Source of the DNA: Octopus vulgaris
Taxonomy: Eukaryota
Length of the DNA stretch: 64,000 bases
Direction of reading: 5' to 3'
NCBI GenBank assembly: GCA_951406725.2
Contig: OX597838.1
Location: 36,022,001 to 36,086,000 of the forward strand
Made by a program: the position numbers and the translations under genes
The notes under the pieces: model-generated
The model's input: only the letters and a program-made list of their open reading frames with translations
What the model was told of the DNA's origin: nothing
The model's database searches: none
Shown here: piece after piece, positions 1-12,888 of the stretch
How positions within the stretch are numbered: position 1 is the first letter of the stretch
Layout: each line of letters begins with the position of its first letter

Positions 1-304
1 TTATCTTCCTCTTCTTCATCATCATCTCATTTTTGCCATCACCACTCTTATCTGCCTCTTCTTTCTCCTTCTCTTCCTCATCATCTCATTTTCAACATCA
101 TTCTTAACCCTCCTCATCATCCCATTTCTGTCATCACCATTATCTTCCTCTTCATCATCATCATCATTTGCTTCCTTATCTCATTTTTGTCATCACCATT
201 CTTGTCTTCTCCTCCTTGTTTTCCCTCCTCATATTTCCCCCTTTAGTTATTCAGTTATTCCCCTCCTCGCCCCACAACCCAATCTCTATCAACATTCTCA
301 GTCC

Positions 305-1120
305 ATCGTGGTTGCTTAACAACCATGTGGTTTTAAGTTCACATCCATTGTGCAGCAGCTCCTTGGGGCAAGAATCTTTTATTATAGCCTTGGGCCGACC
401 AATATCTTACATAAACAGGAACTGTGTGGAAGCTTGTTACATCTATATTTATATGTAGGCGCAGGAGTGGCTGTGTGGTAAGTAGCTTGTTTACGAACCA
501 CATGGTTCAGGGTTCAGTCCCACTGCGTGGCATCTTGGGGAAGTGTCTTCTACTATAGCCTCGGGCCGACCAAAGCCTTGTGAGTGGATTTGGTAGACGG
601 AAACTGAAAGAAGCCCGTCGTATATATATATATATATATATATGTGTGCGTGTATGTTTGTGTGTCTGTGTTTGTCCCCCCCAACATCACTTGACAACCG
701 ATGGTTGTGTGTTTACGTCTCCATTACTTAGCGGTTCGGCAAAAGAGACCGATAGAATAAGTACTGGGCTTACAAAAAAGAATATGTCCGGGGGTCGAGT
801 TGCTCGATTAAAGGCGGCGCTCCAGCATGGCCGCAGTCAAATGACTGAAACAAGTAAAAGAGTAAAAGAGTGTGTGTGTTTGTGTTTGTGTGTGTGTTTG
901 TGTGTGTGTCTGTCTGTTTGTCTCACTTCACCATTTTGACAACTGATATTGCGTTGGCTTATGTCTCCATGACTTACTTAGCAGTTTGCCAAAGAGAGAA
1001 TGATAGAATAAATACCAGACTCTGCTTGATATACAGGGTTCAGTTTGTCCTACTGAAGCACTCCAAGGCCATGCTGGGGCAACGGCTGCAGTCCAGTGAC
1101 TGAAACAGTCAAAAGATACA
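305..1120 (+). mobile_element. Old diverged SINE-A copy, split by a younger SINE-A (457-870) inserted in its central microsatellite
   Basis: Degenerate 5' half (ccttggggcaag...gccttgggccgacc) at 305-440 and degenerate 3' half (tgatagaataa...tgactgaaacag) at 871-1120. Confidence 0.7.
457..870 (+). mobile_element. SINE-A, full-length tRNA-derived SINE
   Basis: tRNA-like head with A box (TGGCTGTGTGG) and B box (GGTTCAGTCCC), CORE-like cttggg(c/g)aagtg, internal (TA)n/(TG)n, 3' tail ...tgactgaaacaagtaaaagagtaaaagag; about 20 near-identical copies in the window. Confidence 0.9.
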
Positions 1121-1224
1121 ATGTTAAAGGAATCTATTTCTCTATGATGACAACAACCAAACTTGCAACACAGAATCTCTTCAACCCTGAAACAAATAAA
1201 CTCTCAAATCCCACTCAATGCATT

Positions 1225-1414
1225 TTATTTCTTTCCTTCCTTCCTTCCTTCCTTCCTTCTTTCCTTCCTTAGTTTGTTCTTCCTTTTGCGCTCTCCTTTC
1301 TTTCCTTTCCATTCCTTTTCTTTCTTTCCTTCTTTCTTTCTTCTCTTTCTTTCTTTTTCTTTCTTCCTTGCCTTTCTTTCCTTTTGTTATTTTGCTCTTT
1401 CTTTCCTTTCCTCC

Positions 1415-1465
<51 letters not shown>

Positions 1466-1656
1466 TCCTACCTCCTTCTGTTATTTTGCTCTTTCTTTCC
1501 TTTACTTCCTTCCTTCTTCCTTTTGTTATTTTGCTCTTTCTTTCCTTTCCTTCCTTGTTTCCTTTTCTTTCTTTCTTCTTTCTTTCTTTCCTTTTCTTTC
1601 TGTCCTTTTCTTTTTCCTTTTCTTTCTTTTCTTCCTTTTGCAATTTTGCTCTTTTT

Positions 1657-1704
<48 letters not shown>

Positions 1705-1715
1705 TCCTTCTTTCT
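1225..1715. repeat. (CTTT/CCTT)n pyrimidine-rich low-complexity tract
   Basis: Direct inspection. Confidence 0.9.
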
Positions 1716-2104
1716 TTGTCCGTGATACGTCATCATCATTCTAATTAACACCATCAAATAAAGTTTCTAGCATTATCCTCTCTGCTCTCATCTCAGATCT
1801 TTTTATCCATCAGCAGTGTTTTATCCATCCCAGATTCACCATAAACAAGTGACCTTATGATTCAAAGACATTCCAGATGTGACTGTCATATCTTTTAAGT
1901 AGACTCCACTCACATTTCACATTGATCACCCTTCTGTGCTACCAGTTATTTTTCTACCTTCCTCTCTCCTGAACTGCTTCTTCTTGACTTACCCCTATGT
2001 ATCTCTGACCTCTGCCACCCCTATCACAATATCTCTCTTATGCTCCCTCCACCCACTTGCAATCTAACCATCATCACCCCTTTTCTCATCCTTTCCCAGT
2101 TTCC

Positions 2105-2424
2105 TTATGCCAGTGGCACGTAAAAAGCAGCATCCGACCGTGGCCGTTGACAGCTTCGTCTGGTCTCCGTGCCGGTGGCACGTAAAAAGCACCATCCGAT
2201 TGTGGCTGTTTGCCAACCTCGTCTAGCACCTGTGTCGGTGGCATGTAAAAAGCACCCACTACACTCACGGAGTGGTTGGCGTTAGGAAAGGCATCAAGCT
2301 GTAGAAGCGCTGCCGGATCAGACTGGTGCCTGGCGCAGACTCCTGGCTTCCCAGACCCCGGTCGAACCGTCCAAACCATGCTAGCATGGAAAACGGACGT
2401 TAAATGATGATGATGATGATGATG
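2105..2424 (+). mobile_element. SINE-C (retroposon with tandem GTGGCACGTAAAAAGCACC units and (GAT)n tail)
   Basis: ggcgttaggaa(a/g)ggcatc...catgctagcatggaaaacggacgttaaatgatgatgat; recurs more than 8 times in the window. Confidence 0.8.
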
Positions 2425-2519
2425 TATCTGACAATGACTATATGCAAGTGCTTAAAAACAGTTTGTGAAAGAACGGACAGCTACTAATTCATACATTCCT
2501 TTGGGTGATCAAAGACAAT

Positions 2520-2796
2520 TGAAACTTTTCTTACCAGATTTCTGTTTAAACACCCTATCCTTGTTTCAATTTATTTCTAAAATTGTGAAGAATTTAAAAT
2601 AACTTTGTCAGTATCAATCTGATGTTTTGTAACATGAATTAACACTGAATATTGATGGTAAATTTTAACTTAGATCACCTTAAACCACACCTTAGCACAC
2701 CTTAAACCACACCTGGTCATATGACGCAAACTTCCTTATTTAAAAATAAGGAAGTTTGTGTCATATGACCAGGTGTGCTGATATCAAGAGGGTTAA
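2520..2796 (+). mobile_element. Degenerate TTAA-type MITE related to the 23252 copies, with a terminal inverted duplication
   Basis: Similar to the 23252-23480 body (gaatttaaaataactttgtc...ggtaaattttaa); ends gatatcaagagggTTAA. Confidence 0.55.
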
Positions 2797-3069
2797 GCTG
2801 TGGCCATCCTGTCTTTTCAGGATGGTATAAAGTGATTTCCCCCCCCCTTCTTTTCTTTGTTGTGGCCAGGATATGAAAGAAAAAGAAAAATAATAATAAG
2901 GATAACGAAAAAAAAAGCAATGAAAAAAAATATGGAATAGAAAAAAATAAAGCAAGACCTAGTTTTAATTGGAAATATAATTTATGTCAAGAGAAAAAAT
3001 CATCATCAATATTATGGTTTGGCACCAAAGTTCAACTTCAGTCATTTGGTTGCAAGAACAATACCAGAA

Positions 3070-3920
3070 ACCACTCTACTGCTACTACTACTACTACTGG
3101 TACCAATATGACTACCATAAGTGTAACCTCCATTATTCCACCCATCCCCACCCCTACTACTACCCCTGTCACTGCCACTATTACATCCCCATCCACTACC
3201 ACAACTACAACCACCACTGCAATTGCCACCATCACTCTCACCACTACACATCACTATTAATACTACTACCAACACCATTGCTACAGACTCCACCAGCAAC
3301 ACTACAACCACCACAACAACAATCACCAACACTGCCACCACCACCGACCCCACCACAACCACTGACACCACCACAACCATCAACACCAACAGAACCATCA
3401 ACACCACTGCAACCACCAACACCACCACAACCACTGACACCACCACAACCACCAACATCACCACAACCATCAACACCACTGCAACCACCAACACCACCAC
3501 AACCACTGACACCACCACAACCACCAACACCACCACAACCACTGACATCACCACAACCACTGACACCACCACAACCACTGACATCACCACAACCTACAAC
3601 ACCACCACAACCACCACAGCCATCAACACCACCAACACCACTGCAACCACCAGCACCATCACAACCATCAACACCACCACAACCACCAACACCAACACAA
3701 CCACTGACACCACCACAACCACCAACACCACCACAACCACTGACATCACCACAACCTACAACACCACCACAACCACCAACACCCTTATAACCGGCAACAC
3801 CACCACGTCCGCCACTATCACTGGCAACCTTACCAACATCATCAACACTGCCACCACCACCACCACCGGCATACTACCACCGTCACCACCGTCACCACCC
3901 CACCCCACCACCTCCGCCAA
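3070..3920. repeat. (ACC/ACA/ACT)n-derived minisatellite
   Basis: Degenerate accacaaccactgacacc units; source of the Thr-rich and Pro-rich pseudo-ORFs. Confidence 0.85.
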
Positions 3921-4102
3921 TACTTCATTATTATCAATTGTTTCCACAGCAGGTGATGTGATAGCTGCTAATAGAAACTGTCATTCAGAGAATATTAAGT
4001 CATCTTAGTGAGACCGAGCAACATGATTAAGTCATCAGGCTTGCTTACTAGGTCTCCACACCCACCTGTCACCGCATGATGATACAGACTCACACAAACA
4101 CA

Positions 4103-4135
<33 letters not shown>

Positions 4136-4271
4136 CCACACACGCATATATAGGCACACATTCACACACATACACACACACATACCGTTTAGCAAAAGAA
4201 ACATTCAGGCCCGCATCTAAATCATATTGAGTATTTTCTTGAGGCATCAGCTAATCGTCCTATACTGATAT

Positions 4272-4326
<55 letters not shown>

Positions 4327-4565
4327 CATATATACACACATATGTAAAAAAATATATTGTCTTTTACTTGTTTCGGTCATTTGACTGTGGTCATGTTAGG
4401 GCAGCCGAACAAATTGATGCCAGGACTTACTTTTTAAAGCCTGGTTCCTATTCTATCAGTTTCTTTTGCCAAACTGCTAAATTATGGGAATGTAAACACA
4501 TCAACCCCATTTGTCAAGTGATGCTTGCTGACAAGCACAGACACAAAGCCCCACATACATAAATA

Positions 4566-4857
4566 TATGTGCCCTGTTCAATAAGTATCTGGACTGTTGC
4601 CATAGTAATGAACCTAAAGCATGCAGGGTGAAGCTGATTGGCGCAGCTTGACCTTGAACTCCACTGTGCATGCACCCTAAGTTTTAATATTCTAGCTCAC
4701 TTCTGATTTTCCAGCAGTGCTTGGAAGGAAGGTGTGTAGCATGTGGTTGTTGTATTGACCATCACAGAGAAAGCTGAGCAGAGAATCTGCATCAAATTTT
4801 GCCAAAAGCTTGCTGAGACCTGCTGAGAGGCCTATACAAAATTTTCAAAAGTTTTTT
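4566..4857 (+). mobile_element. Mariner transposon 5' end fossil (TIR plus transposase N-terminus)
   Basis: TIR-like ctgttcaataagtatctggac; 4760-4857 reads TEKAEQRICIKFCQKLAETC*EAYTK, the mariner HTH start. Confidence 0.75.
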
Positions 4858-5275
4858 CAGGAGTGGCTACGTGGTAAGTAGCTTGTCTACCAACCACATG
4901 GTTCCGGGTTCAGTCCCACTGCGTGGCACCTTGGGCAAGTGTCTTCTACTATAGCCTCAGGCCGGCCAATGCCTTGTGAGTGGATTTGGTAGACGGAAAC
5001 TGAAAGAAGCCTGTCGTATATATATATATATATAATATATATATGCGTGTGTGTGTTTGTGTGTCTGTGTTTGTTCCCCTAGCATTGCTTGACAACCGAT
5101 GCTGGTGTGTTTACGTCCCCACCACTTAGCGATTCGGCAAAAGAGACCGATAGAATAAGTACTGGGCTTACAAAAGAATAAGTCCCAGGGTCGAGTTGCT
5201 CGATTAAAGGCGGTGCTCCAGCATGGCCGCAGTCAAATGACTGAAACAAGTAAAAGAGTAAAAGAGAGTAAAGAG
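4858..5275 (+). mobile_element. SINE-A
   Basis: Near-identical to 457-870. Confidence 0.9.
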
Positions 5276-5284
5276 TTCTCGCCA

Positions 5285-5620
5285 CAACCAAGGCGATTTT
5301 GTGTCACTGAAACCCCAGGGTCTTTTTGGTTAGCTGAAAGCAGTTTTGGCACAAACTTGGCAGACTCTCGTCTCGTACCCAAATCTTCAGTGATAGTAGA
5401 CTGAACTGAACTGTAACTAAGCTGCACATCCTCTGTTAATTCACGGATGGTGATTCCAGGATTTCCCCCCTTCACAGCTGCATGCACATCTGTGATGTTT
5501 TTCTCAGTTCTGCTGCTTGCGTGTCTCCGAGATCGTTTGTCAATATTGACATGTTTTTGGCCACGTTGGAAACATCTGAACCACTCATAAATTTGTGTGT
5601 GATTCATGCACCTTCTTATT
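5285..5620 (-). pseudogene. Mariner transposase fragment
   Basis: MNHTQIYEWFRCFQRG...DKRSRR...ITIREL...TITEDLGTRRESAKFVPKLL, with the WVPxxL-type motif. Confidence 0.85.
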
Positions 5621-6214
5621 TCATAACCATGCAGCCCACATGGTTTTCATTCAGTTTCACTGTGTGGCACCTTGGGCAAGTGTCTTCTGCTATAACCTCA
5701 GATGAACCTAAACCTTATGCGCAGATTGATAAATGAAGAAGTGAAACAAGTTGTATATATCCTCCTTATCATCATCATCGTCATATTCACGTCCAGTTTT
5801 CAATGCTTGTGTGGCTGAGAAGGATGCAGTATTTGTACTGAACTTTGGTTTGATCTCGCCGAACAGCCATGAACCACTTGTTCATTAATTAATTCTTTGT
5901 TTAAATAATTTTTATAAAGTGAGCTACTGAGAAGAAAGCAATACAAACAACGTATTGAATTTAACAGTTACTTTGTAGTCGTTCAATAAAAGTATTTGTA
6001 GAAAATTTAAATAAAAAACATAAAATTTGAGATACATTTTTTTTCTCTGATGTTTTCAGACGGAAAAAATAAAAAAGAAGAGAGAAGTTTGTTTTCTTTT
6101 TTTTTTGGTTTTCAATAAAATGTACTAACACAGAAGCAGGGCCAGCTTCTTGAGTTCTTCTACTCAGGGTCTTAACTATGTTCCAATGAACAGGTAACCC
6201 CAGAACTTATCTAT

Positions 6215-6536
6215 CAATCAGATATATATACAAACATGTGTGTATATTTCATACATACACACACACAGCCATATGTGTGTGTGCATGAATGTGTAATATA
6301 TATATATATACACAAGCACATAATATACATGTTTATAATATATGTATGTGCATATATATATATATGTATTACACACACATATCAATACATACATACATGT
6401 TGATATATGTGTATATACATATATATGTGTGTGTGTATATATAGTATATATATACATGTGCATATATGTTGATATATATATACAAATATACATACATATA
6501 TATATATATCATCATCATCATATATATATATAAGTG

Positions 6537-6571
<35 letters not shown>

Positions 6572-6763
6572 GTATATATATATTTATATATATATGTATA
6601 TATGAGTTTATATATTTATATATATACATATATATACTCAGACAACCGCACTCAGACACACATACATAAATATATAAGTAAAAATATGAATACATTTATA
6701 AATACGTGTGTGTATATGTATATTTATACACACATACACACACACAAATGCAGGGAGAGAGCA

Positions 6764-6808
<45 letters not shown>

Positions 6809-6810
6809 AG
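6215..6810. repeat. (TA)n/(CA)n/(GA)n compound microsatellite
   Basis: Direct inspection. Confidence 0.9.
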
Positions 6811-7189
6811 AGACTCACACACAGAAAGACAGAGAGCGGCAAGGGTTGGTGGGGGGGGGGGAGAATGATAGAAATAGATTAATTTTTTTTTTTTTTCAAA
6901 GTTTAACAGACTTAAAGAAGAATTTCCATCTCTCCATGAACTTTCAAAACCTAACCAATTCTCCTCAGTAACCAGTCTTTGCAATACCAATCAACCATAC
7001 TGACTTCGGTTCTCCAACTAACTCACGGAGGTCAAGTAGAATAATATTCTTTCTATCTGGCGGCCATGCAAATTCCAAAGATGTTATCTTAACAATTATA
7101 ATGTGCAGCCTTTGTCGTCATCGTCAGCTTTTTTTTTGTTCTCGTTTATTTGTTCTCGGTACAAAATATGTAACATCATCTAGGTTTAT

Positions 7190-7822
7190 TTTTCTTTTCT
7201 CACTTCTCCTTCTTCTTCTTCTTCTGTTTCTTATTTTTCTTTTTCTTTTTCTTTTTCTTCTTCTTCTTCTTATTTTCCTACTTCTTCTCCTTCTTCTTCT
7301 TTTCCTTCTTTTCTTCTTCTTCTTCTTCTTTTCCTTTTTCTTTTCCTTCTTTTTCTTCTTCTTCTTCTTCTTTTTCTTCTTTTCCTTTTCTTCTTCTTCT
7401 TATTTTCCTTCTTCTTTTTCTTCCTTTTTTCTTCTTCTTCTTCTTTTTCTTCTTCTTCTTCTTCTTCTTCTTTTTCTTCTTCTTCTTTTCCTTCTTTTCC
7501 TTCTTCTTCTTCTTCTTCTTTTTCTTCTTCTTCTTTTCCTTCTTTTTCTTCTTCTTCTTTTCCTTCTTCTTCTTTTTCTTTTTCCTCTTCTTCTTCTTTT
7601 CCTTCTTCTTCTTCTTCTTCTTCTTCTTCTTCTTCTTTTCCTTCTTCTTTTTCTTCTTCTTTTTCTTCTTCTTCTTCTTCTTCTTTTTCTTCTTCTTCTT
7701 TTCCTTCTTTTTCTTCTTCTTCTTTTCCTTCTTCTTCTTCTTTTTCCTTTTCTTCTTCTTCTTCTTCTTCTTCTTTTTCTTCTTCTTTTCTTCTTCTTTT
7801 TCTTCTTCTTCTTCTTCTTCTT

Positions 7823-7890
<68 letters not shown>
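7190..7890. repeat. (CTT)n tract ending in (ATT)n
   Basis: Direct inspection. Confidence 0.9.
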
Positions 7891-7893
<3 letters not shown>

Positions 7894-8051
7894 AAGAAAA
7901 CTTTGAGTTTGATTCTCAAATGATGTTGACTTTACCGCTTTCTTACCCTCGTGTTGAGGATGATAAAGTTAGCCATTATTTTGGAAGATATATAAAGATA
8001 TATATATATATATTGTGTGTGTGTGTGTGTGTGAGAACATGTGTGTAGACA

Positions 8052-8715
8052 TCTTTTACTTGTTTCATTTATTTGACAGTGACCATCCTGGGGCATCACC
8101 TTGAAAGGTTTTACTCCAACAAATTGATCCCAGGCCTTTATGTTTTCCTTTTTTTAAAGCCCGGTAGTTATTCTGTTGGGTCCCTGTGCGGAACCCCTAA
8201 GTTACAGTGACATAAAACACACCGGCACCAGCTGTCGAGTGGTGAGAGGAGGACAAACACAGACACAAACAAATACACATACACGTGGCACATAAAAAGC
8301 ACCATCCGATCGTGGCCGTTTGCCATCCTCGTCTGACACCTGTGCCGGTGGCACGTAAAAAGCACCCACTACACTCACGGAGTTGTTGGCGTTAGGAAGG
8401 GCATCCAGCTGTAGAAACACTGCCAGATCAGACTGGGCCTAGTGCAGCCTTCTGGCTTCCCAGAACCCCGGTTGCACCGTCCAACCCATGCCAGCATGGA
8501 AAGCGGACGCTAAATGATGATGATGATGATGATGATGACACACACACACACACATATGATGGGCTTCTTTCAGGTCCCACCTAACAAATCCACTCACAAG
8601 GCTTTGGTCAGCCTGAGAATACAGTAGAAGACACTTTCTCAAGGTGCCAGGCAGTGGAACTGAACCTGGAACCGTGTGGTTGGGAAGCAAGCTTATTACC
8701 ACACAGCCATGCCTG
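8052..8715 (-). mobile_element. Old SINE-A split by a SINE-C insertion
   Basis: 3' tail at 8052-8280 and 5' half at 8540-8715 flank SINE-C. Confidence 0.75.
8285..8537 (+). mobile_element. SINE-C
   Basis: Same body and (GAT)n tail as 2105-2424. Confidence 0.85.
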
Positions 8716-8882
8716 TGTTTATATTTTGGCCATGCCTACATGTAATTGTGTGAACATGTACATGGAAAGGAGCAAGTGTGTGTATGTGTGTTTGACTATG
8801 TATGATCGAACTATCTGGGTGTGTGTTTCCAGATTTCTACATGTCTATGAATGTGTGCATGTATATATATATATATACTGTC

Positions 8883-9097
8883 TCTTTTACTCTTTTACTT
8901 GTTTCAGTCATTTGACTGCGGCCATGCTGGAGCACCGCCTTTAGTCGAACAAATCGACCCCGGGACTTATTCTTTTTGTAAGACCAGTACTTATTCTATC
9001 GGTCTCTTTTGCCGAACCGCTAAGAGACGGGGACATAAACACACAAGCATCGGTTGTCAAGCAATGCTAGGGGACAAACACAGGCACACAAACATAT

Positions 9098-9176
<79 letters not shown>

Positions 9177-9326
9177 TATATACGACAGGCTTCTTTCAGT
9201 TTCCGTCTACCAAATCCACTCACAAGGCATTGGTCGGCCCGGGGCTGTAGCAGAAGACACTTGCCCAAGATGCCATGCAGTGGGACTGAATCCTGGAACC
9301 ATGTGGTTGGTAAGCAAGCTACTTAC

Positions 9327-9330
<4 letters not shown>
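8883..9330 (-). mobile_element. SINE-A
   Basis: Reverse complement of the 457-870 consensus. Confidence 0.9.
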
Positions 9331-9383
<53 letters not shown>

Positions 9384-9448
9384 ATTGAAAGACATTGGCC
9401 ACATGTGTCTGTAACAGAATGTGTGTGTCTGCATAAACAGGCCAAGGA

Positions 9449-9497
<49 letters not shown>

Positions 9498-9859
9498 CAT
9501 GCATGTTTATGTGTGTGCTTGTGAACATGCAAATGTTTGTCCGTATCAGATATCATCGTGATGGTATCATCATCATGTCTCTTCTCTTCACTTTGATTTT
9601 GTTCTCTCTCTCTCACTTTCTCTCTCTCTCTCTCTCTCTCTCCTATCAACTCTGTCCCTCCTTCTATCCCTCTTCTCTACTTTCCTTACTCTCTGTTTCC
9701 CCCTTTCCTCTTTATCTCCTATGTCCTTTCCTCTCTTCCACCTTTCAGCTTGCCCCCTCTCTCCTTCCTCTCAACTCTACACCCTTCCTCTCTGTCTGTC
9801 AGTATGTCCCTTCCTCTCTCTCTGTTTTCTCCTCTCTCTTCTTCACTCTCTTCCTTTCT

Positions 9860-10330
9860 CTCCCTTCTTTTCTCCCTATTAATCTCTCTTCCCTCTACAT
9901 CTCTCCTCCTGTCCCTCCCTCCCTCGCTCCTTCTCTTCCCTTATCCTCTCTTTCTTCACTCTCTTCCTTTCTCTCCCTTCTTGTCTCTCCCTTCTTTTCT
10001 CCCTATTAATCTCTCTTCCCTCTACATCTCTCCTCCTGTCCCTCCCTCCCTCGCTCCTTCTCTTCCCTTATCCTCTCTTTCTTCACTCTCTTCCTTTCTC
10101 TCCCTTCTTGTCTCTCCCTTCTTTTCTCCCTATTAATCTCTCTTCCCTCTACATCTCTCCTCCTGTCCCTCCCTCCCTCGCTCCTTCTCTTCCCTTATCC
10201 TCTCTTTCTTCACTCTCTTCCTTTCTCTCCCTTCATGTCTCTCCCTTCTTTTCTCCCTATTAATCTCTCTTCCCTCTACATCTCTCCTCCTGTCCCTCCC
10301 TCCCTCGCTCCTTCTCTTCCCTTATCCTCT
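9860..10330. repeat. 127-bp pyrimidine-rich tandem repeat, about 3.7 copies
   Basis: ctattaat recurs at 9876, 10003, 10130 and 10257. Confidence 0.9.
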
Positions 10331-10542
10331 CATTCCGCCCCTACCCTCCCCTCCCCCCCGCCTCTGTCGCTGCTCTAGAATTGCTTCTAGATTTTTATCA
10401 CAACAAACTCAGAGATTTGATTACTTGCCAGGTGAGGGTTCCGCAGGTTTGTTTAAGTAGTGTCTCTGCGAGCGCTAATTAGGTTTCTAGCGCTGACTCT
10501 TGTGTTCCATCGAATTACGCTCCAGCACCATTTCACACACAA

Positions 10543-10575
<33 letters not shown>

Positions 10576-10844
10576 CACACACAACACTGCATCTTGCTGG
10601 AAAACCCACTTAACTTGAGAGGAGAACTTCACCTGGCTCAAGTATTCCACCGTTTCACTGTTCTGTCAACGTTGCGTATTATATTATATTATATTAGGTT
10701 ATATTATGTTATGTTCTATTGTGTTATGCTCTTCTTGTTCTCTGCCGGATGACATTCAATGTCCACAACGTTTCAATCAATGAGTGCTGTTGTGCACAGA
10801 GAGAGAGAGAGAGAGAGACACATGCGCATTCGTGTACCACATGT

Positions 10845-10867
10845 ATGTGTGTATATATATATATACA

Positions 10868-10905
<38 letters not shown>

Positions 10906-10953
10906 TATGCATGTTTATGTGTGTATACATATTTATTTATATATGTGTGTGTG

Positions 10954-10995
<42 letters not shown>

Positions 10996-11128
10996 CATAC
11001 ATATACATATGTATAGTTTGTATATATATACATATACATATATATATATATGTATATATATATACATATATACATAAATATATATACATACATATACATA
11101 TGTATAATTTGTGTATATATACATATAC

Positions 11129-11165
<37 letters not shown>

Positions 11166-11193
11166 CGTATAGTTTGTGTATATATACATATAC

Positions 11194-11224
<31 letters not shown>

Positions 11225-11325
11225 ATGCACATACATACGTATAGTTTGTGTATATATACATATACATATGTACATATATATATATATATATATACATACA
11301 TATACATATGTATGGTGTGTGTATA
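10845..11325. repeat. (TA)n-based minisatellite
   Basis: Recurrent gtatagtttgtgtatatatacatatacat units. Confidence 0.85.
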
Positions 11326-11356
11326 GTTTTTCTTTTTTCTTTCTTTATTTTTTTAG

Positions 11357-11727
11357 TTTACTTGTTTCAGTCATTTGACTGCGGCCATGCTTGAGCACCG
11401 CCTTTAGTCAAATCAAATCGAGCCCAGGACTTATTCTTTGTAAGCCTAGTATTTATTTTATCAGTCTCCTTTGCTGAACTGCTAAGTTACAGGGATGTAA
11501 ACACACCAGCATCGATGTCAAGCGATGTTGGGACACACACAGACACACACACACATACATACATACATACATACATAATACATACATACATAACATACAT
11601 ACATACATAACATACATATATACATACATACATACATACATACATACATACATACATACATACATACATACATACATACATACATACATAACATACATAC
11701 ATATATACACACACACACACACACACT

Positions 11728-11763
<36 letters not shown>

Positions 11764-11908
11764 ATGGGCTTCTTTCAGTTTCTGTCTACCAAATCCACTC
11801 ACAAGGCTTTGGTCGGCCTGAGGCTATTGTAGAAGACACTTGCCCAAGGTACCATGCAATGGGACTGAACCTGGAACTATGTGGTTTGTTAGCAAGCTAC
11901 TTACCACG
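11357..11908 (-). mobile_element. SINE-A with expanded internal (CATA)n
   Basis: Both halves match the consensus; the central microsatellite is about 220 nt. Confidence 0.85.
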
Positions 11909-12464
11909 TTGATGAACAAATAATAAATTTTGATGAGATGGTTTTTTTTTTTTTAATGAATTTCCAAATGAAATTTACTTAAAAAAAAAAGAAGAAGGGA
12001 AATGGCTAAATCGCAATGAAATAAACAGAATCCCTTTATATTTATTGAGTAGAAATGCTCGTGGAGGTTTTGAAATTAAAACCCAATTTTAATCAGTGAA
12101 TGTGCATGTCTTCGTAAATAGGTCGTTGCACTCTCAATCACAAGATTGCAGTTTCAATTCCCATAGTGTTCTCGAATAAAACATTTCATTTCTTGTTGCT
12201 CTGTTTAATTCAGCTGCAATGAGTAAACCCTAAAAGGGACCTGCATTCTTTTTAGCAGGGAGTATTGTGATCTTAGTTACTTATATACCAATGGAACTGG
12301 GTAGCAAGCCATATATGTCTGAGTACTTGAAACAGCATTACCCAGGGGTCAATGATGATGAGTTTTTTGACCCTTGAACATTTAAACTGGTCATATCCAG
12401 CCAAAATGTTCTGCCTATTTTATGTTCAAACTGACCAGATGTGGCCCCTCACACCAACCCTACA

Positions 12465-12888
12465 ATATTTTCTACTCTAGGCACAAGGCCAAAAATTTGG
12501 GGGGAAGGAGCCAATCGATTAGATCAACTCCAGTATGCAAATGATACTTAAGTTATCGACCCCTAAAGGATGAAAGACAAAGTCGACTTCGGTGGAATTT
12601 GAACTCAGAATGTAGACAGATGAAATACCGCTAAGCATTTAGCCTGGCATACTACATTTCTGCCAGCTTACTGCCTTAAAAATTCTTTTCTACTCTAGGC
12701 ACAAGACCTGAAATTTTGGTGGGGGAGGGGCCAGTCAATTAAATCGTTCCCAGTCCCCAGTATGCAAATGATACTTAATTTATTGACCCCGAAAGGACGA
12801 AAAGTAAAGGTGACCTTGGCGGAATTTGAACTCAGAACGTAAAGACACACAAAATACTGCTAAGCATTTTGCGCAGCATGCTAACGGC
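12465..12888 (-). mobile_element. Two tandem SINE-B copies inserted in a TTAA-type MITE (12368-12990)
   Basis: tatcgaccccgaaaggatgaaaggcaaagtcgacctcggcggaatttgaactcag-like core occurs twice; MITE halves flank them. Confidence 0.75.

Noticed and set aside
2984-4008. Mucin-like or extensin-like Thr/Pro-rich ORFs (also 50980-51922)
   Set aside because: Derived from (ACC/ACT)n repeats; no splice or signal context supports coding
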